The notes below the pieces were generated by a model, which saw only the letters and a program-made list of their open reading frames with translations, ran no database searches and was not told where the DNA came from. The position numbers and the translations under genes were made by a program. A stretch of 64,000 nucleotides of DNA from Hyaloraphidium curvatum SAG 235-1 (lineage: Eukaryota > Fungi > Monoblepharomycota): positions 1 to 64,000 of the forward strand of contig JAIVFI010000010.1 in the NCBI GenBank assembly GCA_025558095.1, given 5' to 3'. This document shows, one piece after another, positions 10,536 to 22,839 of this stretch; the first letter of the stretch is position 1, and every line of letters starts with the position of its first letter.

Positions 10536-12431
10536 CTACGCCTCCGCCTTGGCCTCCCTGGCCCTCGCAGCCTCCCACTTGACGATCCGCTCCACCTCGT
10601 CCCGCTCCTCCTTGAGGTAGAAGTACACCCACATCAGCGGGAGCGAAATCAAGTTGAACGCCGCGACCAGGAGCATCGGCCCCATGAGCGCGCCGCCGCC
10701 GGGCAGGGACGGGAACGATCCCGAGGAGTAGAGCGCGCCGCCGATCAGGGGGCCGACGACGATGCCGACGGCGAAGAAGATGTTGAAGATGCTGAACACC
10801 TGTTCGACCGTGAGCACCAGTCCGAATGGAGCACTTGAGGGGCCGCTCACCTTCGCCGCGGCGTTCTCGGGCACCAGCAGAGTGAGTTCCGGCAGCGCGG
10901 GCGTCACGGCGGCCGCAGTGACCCATCCGTAGACGAACAACGCGATGCAGATGCCCCAGTACGTCGAAGGCAGCGCGAGCATCGGCGCAGCGACCGCCGA
11001 AGCGGCCAGGCCGAGGTAGAGGATCCACTTGCTGCCGTACATGTCGCGGAGCCAGCCGCTGACGATGGCGCTGACGCAGTTGGGCACCACCTGGGGATGG
11101 CGGGTGAGAAACGTACAGCGCGATCCCGGGGGAGGCCCACCATGGCAAGGAACACGAGCCCGATGACAAGGCTGTTTGCGTTGAAGGGATCGCCCGATAG
11201 GAACAGCGGGATCACCGCCTCGATGGTCCCCATGCCGATGCCGGCGATGATGCAAAGCCAGTTCATCAGCATCACGCACGGGTCGAGCCAGAGCTGCCAG
11301 AAGGTCGGGTTCTCTGTGCGCAGCACGGTCCAGTTTAGGTTGGTCCTCCGGATCGTCCGCACCGGTGCCTCGGCGGAAACCTCCACCGGCTCCCCCTTGG
11401 CCGCCTTGTCCGCCGCCTCGGCCATCTCCTTGGCCTCGGCCTTGTTCACCGTCCCGAACCCGACCTTGTCCGCCCTGTCGACGGTGTGGTCCGGCTCCGC
11501 GACCATCAGCCGCAGGACCATGTCCGCGACGATGACGACGCAGTTGAGGATGAAGGGCGAGTAGTAGCCCAGCTTCTCGAACATGATGCCGCCGACGACG
11601 GGGCCGATGAGCATGCCGATGTTGAGGCCGAGGAAGACGGTGGACATGGCACGGCCGAGCTCGTGCGCGGGGAAGAGGTCCGAGATGAAGGCCAGGCCGA
11701 CCGTCCTGCAGTCGGGGGGATCAGCGGGTCGGAACATCGGCAGCGGCGGTACGACGCACCAGATGGAGGCCGCCGCGACGCCCTGCAGGAACCGCGCAAA
11801 GTACAACAGCGCCAGCGAGTTGGCCAGCATGAACATGACGATGGCCACCAGCTGCACCCCAAGCCCCGCGATCATCGGCCACTTCCGGTTCTTGTACCGG
11901 TCCGAAATCACGCCGTAGATCGGGCTCGCGACCAGCGTGCCGACGCCGAAGAGGGCGACCAGGATGCCCACGAGGGTCGAGCTCTTGCCCGAGATGTCGT
12001 AGCCCAGCCGCTCGAAGATGAAGGGGAGGAGGGGGATGATGATGGAGTAGACGAGGAGGTCGACGGCGACGGCCGCCGTGACGACAAAGACGGCGAAGGA
12101 GGGGGAGCGTGCCAGCCGGTACATGAAGGTGCCCGGCGTGTTGGAGATAAAGAGCTGCTTCTTTGGCGGAGGGGCAGCGGGCGCGTCGGCGGCCGCCTTC
12201 GGGGCCGGGTCGGTTCCCGAAGAGTCGTCGGCGACCGAGGCCGTGCGCGATCCGTCGTCCGAATCGGCGTCCACGGCGCCTGAAGGGGAGGGCACGCGCG
12301 TCAACGACAAAGAGGGCGTCATCTCCGGGGCGGTGGCGGGGATTTCGAGGGCAGCCGAAGGCGGTGAGGGCGTCTGCCGGGGGGTTTCAGCGTGCGGGCC
12401 GGGGGAGCGCTCGGCCGGGACTCACGGCCAT
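10536..12431 (-). CDS. MFS transporter, vesicular amine transporter (SLC18)/DHA1-like
   Basis: ATG GCC|GTGAGT first intron splices in frame. Motifs DLLVYSIIIPLLP, GVISDRYKNRK (MFS motif A), ARFLQG, GMLIGPVVGG, GIVVGPLIGG. Several short introns. Confidence 0.88.
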
Positions 12432-13003
12432 TGCGGAAACGAGGAGCGGAGCCCCTTTGGTTCGACGAGCGCGGTCGAGTCCGATTGCGATGTTCGGCAG
12501 CGTTCCAAAATCGCAAAATCGTTCGAAATGCCCGGTGCCGTTGCGTCTTCCGTTCCGCAGGATGTGGTGAGGTCACCAGCCGCCGCGATCGAAGTCCTCG
12601 GAGCGGAGCATCCAGCTATCCGGAGCGGCCACGGGCGGAGACGGAAAGAACTTTTCGAATGCGGGTTGCTTGGGTTACGTTACTAAGGGCGGTTTCCGGG
12701 CCCAGGGAGCGTCTGCGTATTTCCCGTCCAATCCATGCGTAACATCAGCATGTTTCCGTACTCCCCGTCCCACCACTGTTTGCAGGACCACCTTGTGATC
12801 CGACCAGGCCTGTTCTTTCCCGCAAACCGCGCCAGACGACATCCCGAGCACCTGATCAGAGTCGAATGCTCGCATTATAGAGCCAGATCATCACAACAGG
12901 CGTCGAACGCCTTTCCACAGTCTATTCCTCGATCCACTCTGCGCGCAATACCTCCGCATCAACCACGACCGAGACGGAGACCGGAAACCCGTCCGCAATC
13001 GCG

Positions 13004-14692
13004 CTATCTCCCCTCGCCAGCCTCGGCGTCAAGGGCCCCCGACGCCTCTAACCTCCCCTCTTCCCCCAATTTTCCCAGCTCCGTCCCCATCTTCCCCATG
13101 TCCGCGCCCTTCCCCAGCTCCACCGCCCCTTCTCCGTCCCCTTCCAGCAGCGCCGGATCCACCCCCTTCAGCGCCTCCTTGGCCCCCTTCCCGTTCATCA
13201 CCGTCGTATCGTGCAGCAGCCTCCTGCTCCTCCCCCTGTACAGCAGCGACAGCAGCACCGTGAACCACGACACCCCCGTCAGCGCCCAGAGCACGGCCTG
13301 CCTGTCCTGCACGCCGCCCAGGACGGGGGTGAGGACGACGGCCCAGACGGCCGCGCCGGAGAAGATGAAGTAGTTGGAGACGGCGGGTTGGAGGTCGGGG
13401 AAGGTGGCCTCGAGGCAGAGTTCGAAGACGATTGGGAGGACGGGGAAGTTGGTGACGCCGAAGAAGGCGGCGGAGAGGAGGATGCCCCAGTACATGTCGG
13501 GCTTGAGGGCCAGGGTGAGCCCCGTGAAGGCGATCGAGGAGCCGACCAGCAGGACGCGCAGGGTGGAGACCCAGATCGAGTACCGGTCCACGAGCTTGGC
13601 CACGGGGAGGGAGAACCAGCCGGCTATGATGATCGTAGGCATCAGGAAGCCGACCTGGGAGGGCGTGTAGCCGAACGGCAGCAGGATCGGGGAGACGAGG
13701 AGGAGCAGGACGAAGAAGATCGACATCTGCAGGCTCATGATGAGCCACAGGAGGAGGTACGGCACCGAAGTGGCGGCCGTCTTGAGCGACTTCTTGAACC
13801 GGGCCGACTGCCCGTGCCGCGAGGCGGTCATGACCTCGGCTGAGGGCGTCGGCGGTGTGGGCGGGCGGTCCGGAACAAAGATCATGATGCACACCGGCAC
13901 GACGGAGTAGGAAGCCCAGATGAGGAAGGCGAGGGGCACCTTGTCCGGCGACGAGACGATGTAGCTCGTCGCAGACGACGAGATCAGGATACCGATGGAG
14001 GGGGAGACCGACGCCAGGGTGTTGGCCACCGTGCGCTCACGGAGCCCGAACCAGGTCTGCGCGAGGCGGGTGGTGCTCGAGGTGCCGAAAGGGCGGCCGA
14101 TGCCGATCAGCACCTGGCCCACCAGGGCGATGGCGAGCGAGGCGGTCTTGTTGGTGGCGAAGGTGCCAAAGTAGCGCACCCAGGAGCCGGCGCAGTTGAG
14201 CACGGCGCCGGTGAGCAGGGCGAACTTTAGCCCCCGCGAGTCGATGGTGTAGGCCGACAAGAGCCCCGTCACGATGAGACTGATATATATCACGAGACCA
14301 AACCAATTGATCACGTTGGTCGTCGTCTCGTAATATGCAGCCGCACGGGACGAAACCGGCGCCAGCGTGTTCCAGTTGAGCGAGGCCGAGGTGGCTAGAG
14401 AGGTCAGGGCGCCCAGAGCGAACCACCGCTGCGGGTAGACCCGGTACTCGGCGGCGGTCCCGTCCGGCACGGCGGAGAGGTCCGTGAGGTCCTTCCCCGC
14501 GTCCGGCCCGCCTCCTCCCGCCGCTGATCCGAGATTCCCATTTAGGTCCCCGGCCGGACTACTGCCGCCCGCCACCGCGTGCCCCGCGGTTCCGACCAGC
14601 TCCGCCGCCCCGCCGCCCGCCGCCATGCCGTTGAGCGTGGCGGCAGTGCTCACTGCGTCGTCCGCAGCGTCGTCGACGGGCGAAGAGGACAT
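13004..14692 (-). CDS. MFS transporter, FLVCR/SLC49-like
   Basis: 562 aa ORF with about 12 hydrophobic segments. Motifs YRVYPQRWFAL, IDSRGLK, WFGLRERTVAN, PPTPPTPSA. Confidence 0.88.
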   Translation of the reverse strand: MSSSPVDDAADDAVSTAATLNGMAAGGGAAELVGTAGHAVAGGSSPAGDLNGNLGSAAGGGGPDAGKDLTDLSAVPDGTAAEYRVYPQRWFALGALTSLATSASLNWNTLAPVSSRAAAYYETTTNVINWFGLVIYISLIVTGLLSAYTIDSRGLKFALLTGAVLNCAGSWVRYFGTFATNKTASLAIALVGQVLIGIGRPFGTSSTTRLAQTWFGLRERTVANTLASVSPSIGILISSSATSYIVSSPDKVPLAFLIWASYSVVPVCIMIFVPDRPPTPPTPSAEVMTASRHGQSARFKKSLKTAATSVPYLLLWLIMSLQMSIFFVLLLLVSPILLPFGYTPSQVGFLMPTIIIAGWFSLPVAKLVDRYSIWVSTLRVLLVGSSIAFTGLTLALKPDMYWGILLSAAFFGVTNFPVLPIVFELCLEATFPDLQPAVSNYFIFSGAAVWAVVLTPVLGGVQDRQAVLWALTGVSWFTVLLSLLYRGRSRRLLHDTTVMNGKGAKEALKGVDPALLEGDGEGAVELGKGADMGKMGTELGKLGEEGRLEASGALDAEAGEGR

Positions 14693-15284
14693 TTAGCTCT
14701 GCAGAAGAAAACGAGTCCCACCGGGTGGCAAGTGCCGAGCCAAAAGGCGGCGGGGGATGAATAAGCAGACCTCGCACGCGGAAGACCGTGCAGAGGAGGC
14801 CGAGTGACAAAGAAACGGAGACGCCTTAGATATGGCCTTGGCTAAAGTGGTTTCGGCCGCGAAAGCTTCCAGTGCAGAGCTGGAGCAGCCGAAATGTTCT
14901 TTCGATCACACGACGCACAAGGAGCACAAGTTCCGAAAGCAAGGAAGACAATAAGGAAAAGAGCTTGTATACAGCTCTGAAAGTGGTTTCTGGAATAGCC
15001 GTGTCCATCAGCCGAGGGGCCAAGGCGGCGCATGGTAGTCCACTCGGCAACCCGCCCGGACGGTTCAGGGCGCCAATGGGAGCCGGCCGAGCAGCCTTGG
15101 CCAGGGCAGCTGCACATCCTTTGGCTTTTTCTCCTCCGATCGTACTTGCCTAGTGCAAATCGGCAAATCGGGCAAATGTCGTCACCTGCTCGACAAGTTG
15201 GTGACTCCACCGCCGCAAGCACCGCCACCTTGCACTCACAGCCAAACTCGCCCGCGAATCCCGGTCGAACTGACCGGGCTCAAG

Positions 15285-17282
15285 ATGGAAATGCACTTTC
15301 TCGCCTCTTTATGCACGGCGCTTGCCGCCGTCGAACTGTTTGGACGCGTCGCCGCGACGCCGGTCGGCGTCCCCGGCCTGCTCTCCGCGCTGCCGCCGGC
15401 CGCTGCGGACGGCCTCCCCGGCGCTGCGGTCGCCGCCGCGAACGCCGCCACGCAGCGCACGTTCTTCACGCTGGTCAACAAGGACCTGCTGGGCGCGGAC
15501 GGTCCGCCGTCGCTTCGCCTCGACCTCTTCGGCGAGTCGCTCGTCGCGGACCGCGTCTCGGCCGACGCGGGGCCCGACGGGACCAGCTGGCAGGGCACCG
15601 TGCGCGGCTCGCCGCTCAGCTCCGTCACCTTCTTCTCCTCGGGCGGTTCGGACGCCGTCGCCGGCACGGTGCGCACCGTGGGCGGCACTTTCGAGGTCGT
15701 CCCGACCGACGGTGGGCCGGTGCACGCCGTGTCGCAGCTCAACGCATCGGCGTTTCCGCCCGAGCTGGATCCCATTGTGGTCAAGGAGCTCCCAGGGGAG
15801 CGCAGCCTCGAGGAGGACTTTTCCGCTCAGGTCGGCGGCCTCGAGCCGGAGCATCCTGCGCGAGCGCGCGACCGGCTGCAGCGCCGCGTGGATCCGTACG
15901 TCGCCGACGTGCTCGTGCTGTACAGCGCCGTCGCAGCTGCCCGGATGGGAGGGCAGGCCGCCACCGAGACCCGAATCAACCTCGCAATAACAGAAACCAA
16001 CGGCGCGTACACAAACAGCCTCGTCAACCTGCGTCTCCGCCTTGCCCACGCGCAGCAGGTCGCCGTACCCGCGGACGTGGAGGTCGACTTCTACCAGGCC
16101 CTCCCCTGGGTGCGACAACTGCCCGCGGTCTCGGCCATGCGGGATCAGTATCGTGCGGATTTTGTTTCGCTTTGGATTGACAACACTGATTTCTGCGGCC
16201 TCGGGTACATGATGGGACCCGACGAGGTCTCGGTGACGTTCGCCGAGGCGGCGTACAACGTGGTACACTGGGGCTGCGCAACGGGCTACTTCTCGTTCGG
16301 CCACGAACTGGGGCACAACATGGGTGCGCACCACGACCGCGCAAACGCCGGAGGGAGCCTGCCCGCCTACCCCTACTCGTACGGATACCAGCACCGGAAC
16401 AGCCTGTGGCGCACGATCATGGCGTATGATTGTGACGCCGGCTGCCCGCGGCTGCAGTATTTTTCGAACCCGGCCGTGCAGTACGACGGGGCCGCCATGG
16501 GCGTGGACCGTTCCCAGGCCAACTCGGCCGATGTCGCGGGGACCTTCAACTCGCATGCGGACATCCTGGCGAGGTTCAGGGATGCGCCACCGACCAGCAC
16601 GCTGAGCCGGACGCGAACCCGGTCGAGCACCTCGCTGAGCAGGACGCAGACCCCCTCGAGCACCTCGAAGAGCGCGACCCGGTCGACCACACGGACTAGG
16701 AGCGCTTCCAGCACGAGCCGCACGTCTACCCGGTCGCGCACCCGGACGACTAAATCCCGCACCGCCTCAGCTAGCGCGACCAAAACGGCGACTCGATCCA
16801 TCTCCTCCCTCAGCCGGACATCCACAAGCGCCTCGCGGACGGAGACCCAATCCACTACCACCCGGTCGCCGACGACGTCTACGACGACCAGCGAGACTCC
16901 CACGACGACCACCAATACCCCTACGACATCCACGACCTCCTTGACCACCTCGACGACCAGCGAAACTCAAACCACCAGCACCGAAACCCTCACTACGACT
17001 TCCCTAACCCCGACGACTACCTCGATCACCGTGCGAGCAACGGCCCGTGGGCCTCTGACCACCCCGCGTTCCCTGCGGCGCACGAGCACGAAGCGCCGCA
17101 CGTCGACCAAGCGGCGCACGTCGACCAAGCGCCGCACGTCGACCAAGAGGCGGACGACGACAAAGAGGCGGACGAGCTCCAAGAGGCGGACGACGTCGAG
17201 GAGGCGGACGACGTCCAAGCGGCGGACGAGCACCAAGCGCCGCACGAGCACGAGGAGGCGGACGAGCACCCGTCGGGCCTGA
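15285..17282 (+). CDS. Secreted zinc metalloprotease, peptidyl-Asp metalloendopeptidase (M72)/reprolysin-like, with T/S stalk and basic repeat tail
   Basis: Signal-like N-terminus; CATGYFSFGHELGHNMGAHHD zinc motif; WRTIMAY Met-turn; CPRLQYFSNP. Intronless. Confidence 0.88.
   Translation: MEMHFLASLCTALAAVELFGRVAATPVGVPGLLSALPPAAADGLPGAAVAAANAATQRTFFTLVNKDLLGADGPPSLRLDLFGESLVADRVSADAGPDGTSWQGTVRGSPLSSVTFFSSGGSDAVAGTVRTVGGTFEVVPTDGGPVHAVSQLNASAFPPELDPIVVKELPGERSLEEDFSAQVGGLEPEHPARARDRLQRRVDPYVADVLVLYSAVAAARMGGQAATETRINLAITETNGAYTNSLVNLRLRLAHAQQVAVPADVEVDFYQALPWVRQLPAVSAMRDQYRADFVSLWIDNTDFCGLGYMMGPDEVSVTFAEAAYNVVHWGCATGYFSFGHELGHNMGAHHDRANAGGSLPAYPYSYGYQHRNSLWRTIMAYDCDAGCPRLQYFSNPAVQYDGAAMGVDRSQANSADVAGTFNSHADILARFRDAPPTSTLSRTRTRSSTSLSRTQTPSSTSKSATRSTTRTRSASSTSRTSTRSRTRTTKSRTASASATKTATRSISSLSRTSTSASRTETQSTTTRSPTTSTTTSETPTTTTNTPTTSTTSLTTSTTSETQTTSTETLTTTSLTPTTTSITVRATARGPLTTPRSLRRTSTKRRTSTKRRTSTKRRTSTKRRTTTKRRTSSKRRTTSRRRTTSKRRTSTKRRTSTRRRTSTRRA
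17076..17273 (+). repeat. Coding tandem repeat, 11 x 18 nt, encoding RRT(S/T)(S/T)(K/R)
   Basis: Translation RRTSTK RRTSTK RRTSTK RRTSTK RRTTTK RRTSSK RRTTSR RRTTSK RRTSTK RRTSTR RRTSTR, with synonymous codon variation between units. Confidence 0.9.
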
Positions 17283-17366
17283 GGTGCTGGGGCCGTTGGA
17301 CGGCGGAGACCTGTGCAACAAAATACCGCCGCCACATGTATTGCAAGGAAGAAGGAAGGGGGGCAA

Positions 17367-18413
17367 TCACTCCGCCAGCACGACCATCCCATGCTCGCGG
17401 TGGACGTCGCACCACCTGTCGATGCTCCCCGGGTGACCGAACGAACCGCCCTTCTTACAGTTGTAGGAGAAGCAGGGGCTGTAGAATGCGAGCCCGGGGA
17501 GACGGTGCCGGCGGCAGTAGCCCGTTCGCGTCCCCGTGCGGTACCAGGGGTAGTTCGCGCACCCCGCGGCGGCGCAGTGGCGCATCTTCTGGACCATTCC
17601 CGGGAGCTTGTGCTTGGAGCACCGGAGCAGCTGTCCCGCGCCTTCGGGCCCGTACGCGGCAAGGGTTTCGCAACCGCCGGGGAACTTGCAGAGGACCCCG
17701 GCGGGCTTGCGGGGCGCGGGGCCGCGCGGTCCGTTGCTTCCCGAGGGGGGTGCCCGGCACTTTTTCCTGGGAGGTTCGGGATCGGGATCCGACGTTCCGC
17801 CTGACGCCGCCGAATCCGATGCCATCGCCTCCGCACGGGCCCGCTCCCGCAGTTTCCTGTTGTTGACCATCCCCGGCAGCTTGTGCGAGAAGCAGTACCG
17901 CTGGTCGCCCCCCGGGAAGCCGAAGGAGGGGCTCGTGGTGCAGCCGGGGTGGACGCACTCCCTGCGCCAGCCCCCCGGCGCGGCCGGGGGCAGGTCGTGG
18001 TCCGTGCGGTCTTCGTCGTCCGAAGTCCCATCGGCGGACCCGTCCTCCTCCGAAAGCGGGTCCCCCTCGGAGGAACCGTCGTCGTCGTATGCTGACAACG
18101 CGCTGGAATCCTCCGGGCCGTCGTCGGGGGCGCCCGGTCCCCGCTTTGCGACGCCTCCCAGCATCCCATCCACCGCCCTGCTCAGCGCCCCTCGTCATCC
18201 ATCCCCACTGCTACCGGCTGACTTTCCAGCCAATGCCCCACCCGACCACGCCCGAGAGAGCCTGTCGATGAGCCTCTCCCGGGGCGGCTCGCGCCACCTG
18301 GCGATCCACGGGTGCGCCACCACAAGCCCGGCGAGGTCCTGGCCGTTAGTCGGCTCCGCGTCCGGAACGGCGTTGGTCCGCATGAGGGGGGCGAAGTAGT
18401 CGTCGCCGTCCAT
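17367..18413 (-). pseudogene. EsV-1-7-like CCCH repeat protein, copy 2, with an in-frame TGA
   Basis: N-terminal 56 aa are 49/56 identical to copy 1. TGA at 18195-18197 aligns with a GGA in copy 1. Four intact repeats lie downstream. Confidence 0.7.
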
Positions 18414-19066
18414 GGCAGCGGCGTCGGACATCGCTGTTCTGTCCGCGTGGCTTCTTGTTTCGTAGGGGTAACGGGCGGTCGAAAGCGGCGATGACCTCCA
18501 CGGACAGCGCGACGAACCTGATTCCACAACGCACATGCGATTCGGAAGAGGAACAGTCGTCAAGATGTAGGTATCGAAGCTGGCCAACGCGGCCGGGCCA
18601 ACTCCTCCAACCAGATTCCCCCGGTGTACCGGTTGAGCAGACCCAAAACAAGCCAATCGGGGTCCATAACTCGGATCTCAACGCCGGCTTCTGCTTCAAA
18701 ACCAGGTTTCTAAGTCGCGGACCAGAGCATGGAGTGGCGGCTGCCGCGTGAAGCCACGGAGGCGCTCGCCGCGGGGAAGTCGATGTACGAAGTCCAGGCG
18801 ATTCTCGCGCGGATCAGGGAGGAGGAAGCTCGATAGTGCCTGGAACTCATTGGCCTAGTCATCTTCTATGGAGGGACTTTGCCTTCCTCGATGGTCGGAT
18901 CGCGTGACCCCGACCCGACCGGTCCGGTTCTTCAGTCCCGCATTGGCCGTGCCCCACGTCGCGCCTTTCCCCTTTTCTCGAACACGCGACTCCTCCTTCG
19001 GAAATGATGGAAAGGGCCTCGAAGCGCCGCAATGGCGCCCAGGCCCCGGCAACAGGCCCGCCCGCG

Positions 19067-20223
19067 ATGGCGACGCGTCGCAGCAAACGGCGCGAGGAAA
19101 GGACGCGGTCGCTTCCCCCCGAGCTGTTTCTTCACATCCTTCACTACTTGGCGCGGGAAAACGCGTTCCGCACGCTCGTGTCGGCGCTGTCGTCCAGCAG
19201 GACGTGCTACATCGCGGGGCTGTCGCTGCTCCTTGCCCGGATATGCGTCAAGTCTGGTCCAGGAGGCCTTGGGAGCGGAGTCCCCGGAGCTGATCTGCAA
19301 GGCATGACTCCGGCGCATTTTGCCGCCCTCCAGGACGACGCACCTGCCGGCCTTAGGGACCGCTGGAAGCTGGTGCAAGAGGTTACCGTCGCCGGCGCCG
19401 CGTTCCCCTCTACCGCCCGCGACCTCTCTATCCTGGCGCAGGTCCTAGCACGCGTACGCTTCGGCGATTCATCGTGCCCGGCCCGGTTGAGCTTGCGGCC
19501 TTCGCAATCGCGTTCGCAGAGCGGGCCGACCCAGTGTTCGCCGACCTCTTGGTCGAAGCCCGCGGCGGGAACACCATCTACCACCCCTATGATTCGCCCT
19601 TGCGAATGCCGGAGGGCACCGCGCGGTTTTCGTTCCTGGGCGGCACCCAGCTGGCCGCGGCATCGATGGTCGCGGCGCTCCGCACCGTCCTGGCGGACCG
19701 GGCGGTCCCCGTCCGCGCCTCGGCCCTGACGAATGCGTGGACCGACGCGGTTTACCTGCTGGCATTGAGCTCGTTCGGACGCTGCATCCAGTGTTTGGAG
19801 GTGGACGCCACCAGCCTCGCCGCCGCCATGCGGATCCCGGACCTGCGGCCGAAGAAGCTCCTAGTCGTGGGGTGGCCCGACCCCGACCCTGGATCCCGCG
19901 CGGCCCTGGATGCGGTGCCGGCCGAGACGGAGGAGCTCACGATATTCCGGCTGCGCACCGATGCCCTGGACAGGCCGCTGCCGGCCGGGCTGAGGAAGCT
20001 GGCGCTGGCGAACTCGATGCCCACCCTGGAGCGGGACCGATTTGCGGCGGTGAGGCAGGAGATTGTGGATAGGGGGCTGGAGGTCACGTTCTTGCAGCAC
20101 CCGCATTCGACCCGCGCGTGGCGGACGGAAAAAGGGGACGAGGAGAAGGCCTTCTGGGCGAGCGTCGGAGGATGCTCCTTCCGCAGCGTCGAGTCTCCGG
20201 AGCAAACGGACGATGCAGAATAG
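19067..20223 (+). CDS. F-box-like protein with an apparent frameshift near 19454
   Basis: LPPELFLHILHYL F-box-like start. Coding-like sequence switches frame at ..LAR/TLRRFIVPG.. and continues to 20223 with LRR-like LxxLxL segments. Confidence 0.55.
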
Positions 20224-20393
20224 ACAAGAGGCGTCACCCCAATACATTTTGTTTCCTCGCGAGTTCCTGGTGCGCGAAAACGCGCACCGTTGGAGGCTTC
20301 TCGGTGCCGGCCGAACACAGTCATCGGTCCCAACCTCAGCGACTCAGCACCACCCCCCGCGCTCCCGCCGGCCCGCAACGAATCCAAGCCGTC

Positions 20394-21561
20394 ATGTGGC
20401 CGACACGGTATGTTTGCCGCCCTCTCCCCCGGCCCCCCGCCTGCGGTCCCTTGCCAACGTGCGCCCCTCGACCCTCCGCAGTCGCTTCCCCCCCGTGCTC
20501 TGGGCGCTATCCGCCCTCCTCCTGGTCGCCCTCGCGCCCGCCCGGGCGCAGTCCGAGCCTATCGTGGCGACACTCGCGGCGACGCCGGGCTTCTCCATCT
20601 TCTCGGGGCTGCTCGAGAGCTTCCCGCGCCTGGCGGCCGCTCTGAACGACACCGCTCGCAATTCGACGATTTTCGCCCCCGACGACGCGGTGAGTCCTTC
20701 CCCCGTACTGTCGCCGTGGCAAGCGCTGACCAGACGTGCACGGCAGGCGCTCTCCGGGCTGACCCCGGGCATCCTCCTGCTCAACGCGACGCAGGCGGGC
20801 AGGCTGATGCTCTTCAAGACGGTCGAGTACCACGTCCACGTGGGGTCGGGGATCAACGTTTCGGATCTGGAGGAGGGGACGGTGCTGGTCGTGGTGGGTT
20901 CGATTCGACGGCGGATCGGACGACGCCTCTGATCAACGTTTCAATGGATCAACCTACAGCCGACCCTCGCCGGCTTTGACCCCGCCGCACCCGAATCTGC
21001 GCTCAACCTCACTCTCGCCCGGCGTCCCATCGCTACCACGCCGGGCGCCTCCGCCGTCTTCGTCAATGACGTGGGTCCGCCCGTCCCTCCTCCCCGGTCT
21101 CACTCTCACCCGAATGCCGTCGCACGCAGAACGCCGTCATCACCACCCCCGACATCCAGGCATCCAACGGTGTCATCCAAAGCGTCTCGGACCTGCTGAA
21201 TCCCTACGCCGCCTTCGGGCCGTTCCCGCCGCCGCCGGTGGTCACCGTCACCGTCTCTTCGGCCCCGTCGACGCCGACGGACACGCCGACCGTCCCGACG
21301 GCATTCACGGAGCCGACATTCGCGATCTCGACGCCCTCGACGCTGCCCACGGTCACCTTCGGCCCCGGGCCGACGAGCACCGGCGCGGCGCCGTCGTTCA
21401 CCGTCGCCGCGCGGCTCCTCAAACGCGGGAACGTGGAGAGAAGGGTCTATCTCCCGCCGTCGCAGGTGATCGAAACGAGGGAGGAGAAGAGGGAGGAAGG
21501 GAAGGTGGCCAAGCTGGTCAACGGGATCGTGGCGAGGTGGCTTCGCGGGGCGAGGGAGTGA
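20394..21561 (+). CDS. Fasciclin (FAS1) domain secreted protein
   Basis: MWPTR|intron|RFPPVLWALSALLLVALAPARAQ signal. FAS1 motifs TIFAPDDA, YHV and PDIQASNGVIQSVSDLL. P/T-rich tail. About 4 introns. Confidence 0.82.
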
Positions 21562-21642
21562 CGCGATCGGACGCGCGTGCGGTATCTTCGCGGATCTGTT
21601 TCGACCAATCACTAGCATCCGTTCCATTCCGTTCCGCGAGCC

Positions 21643-22702
21643 CTAGAGCTTTCCCGAGCCGTTGCCCGACAGGTATTCGCGGAGGCGGAAAGCCCGCGGG
21701 TACCTCACCGGCTGGCCCCCGCGGTCCGCCATCGCCCAGCTCTGCCCCGTCTTGGCCTCGTCGCTTGCCAGGTCCAGGTAGAGGTCCACCAGCCTGTCCA
21801 TCGGGACCCACCCGAGCGGCGGCTCGGGCCCGTTCAGGACCTCGGCGCGCTTGGCGTCGGCGATGTCTGCCGTCTCGACGAACTTGGTCAGGACGGCGCC
21901 GGGGAGCACCGATGAGATGCGGATGCGCGGATGGCCGGCGCCCTTGGCCTTGCGGATCTGGTCGAGCTGGGCCTGGAGGTTGGAGACGTACTGCACCTGC
22001 CCGGCCTTGGCCGCGAGGTCTCCGGCCCCGGATCAGCCAGCTTGCCGGCACTTTGGGACGGCACCACGCACACGAGGCGGAAAAGTGCGGCACCTTCGCG
22101 CCGTCGAACATCCCGTGTATCGCCCCCACCGACGCCGTGACGAGGATCACGCCCTCCTCCTTCCGCGCGAGCCAGTAGCTCGCCGCCATCCTGCACAGCA
22201 GCATCGTGCCCGTGAGGTTGCCGTCGATCCCGCGGATCCAGCCGTCGTCGGCGCGCTCGTCGTCCCACGGCGCCGCGAGGCACTCGGCGTAGTCTTCGGC
22301 GGCCCAGCCCGCGTTGGCAATCACCACGGAGAGGTCGGGGTGCGCAGCCACCGTCGCGGCAAAGGCCGAGCGGATCGAAGCTCGGTCGACCAGGTCCTGT
22401 TCGCACCGAGGGTCAGTGGGCACGCCTCTTCCGTCCGGCGACGCACCATGCGCTCGAACTTCAGCCGTCCGTCGCCCTCCGCGATCCCGAACTCCCCCCG
22501 CAGCTCGCCAAGAACCTTCTTCGCAACGTCCGCTTTGCGGTTCGCGATCACCATGCGGCAATTGTGCGAGAGCAGCCTGCGGACGAGCGCGAGGCCGATG
22601 CCCTTCGGGCGCGTCAATCGCGGCCGGCGGGCCGAGGAAGGGCGGGATTACCTCGGTGCCGCCGGTGACGAGCACGGCGCGTCCTTGGATGTCGAATGGC
22701 AT
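21643..22702 (-). CDS. Short-chain dehydrogenase/reductase (15-PGDH-like)
   Basis: VLVTGGTE|GIG, IANAG, GNLTG. The catalytic Y|LAAK is rebuilt across an intron. ISSVLPGAVLT. Confidence 0.85.
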
Positions 22703-22839
22703 GCTTTGTCTGCGGAGGATGACGGGCGGGGAGACGCTTCGGCGGGCGGAAGGATGGAACTTTCCCAGCCAGCCAGCTCACGGCCGGCAATATCCATCAC
22801 GGAACAGTCGTCTCCTCATTTGACAAACTCGCCAGGATT

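Noticed and set aside
17076-17273. CRISPR-like array
   Set aside because: Contiguous in-frame coding repeats with no spacers and no cas genes.
18195-18197. In-frame TGA as selenocysteine or an alternative genetic code
   Set aside because: It aligns to Gly (GGA), not Cys or Trp, and TGA terminates many genes here. A nonsense mutation or base error is simpler.
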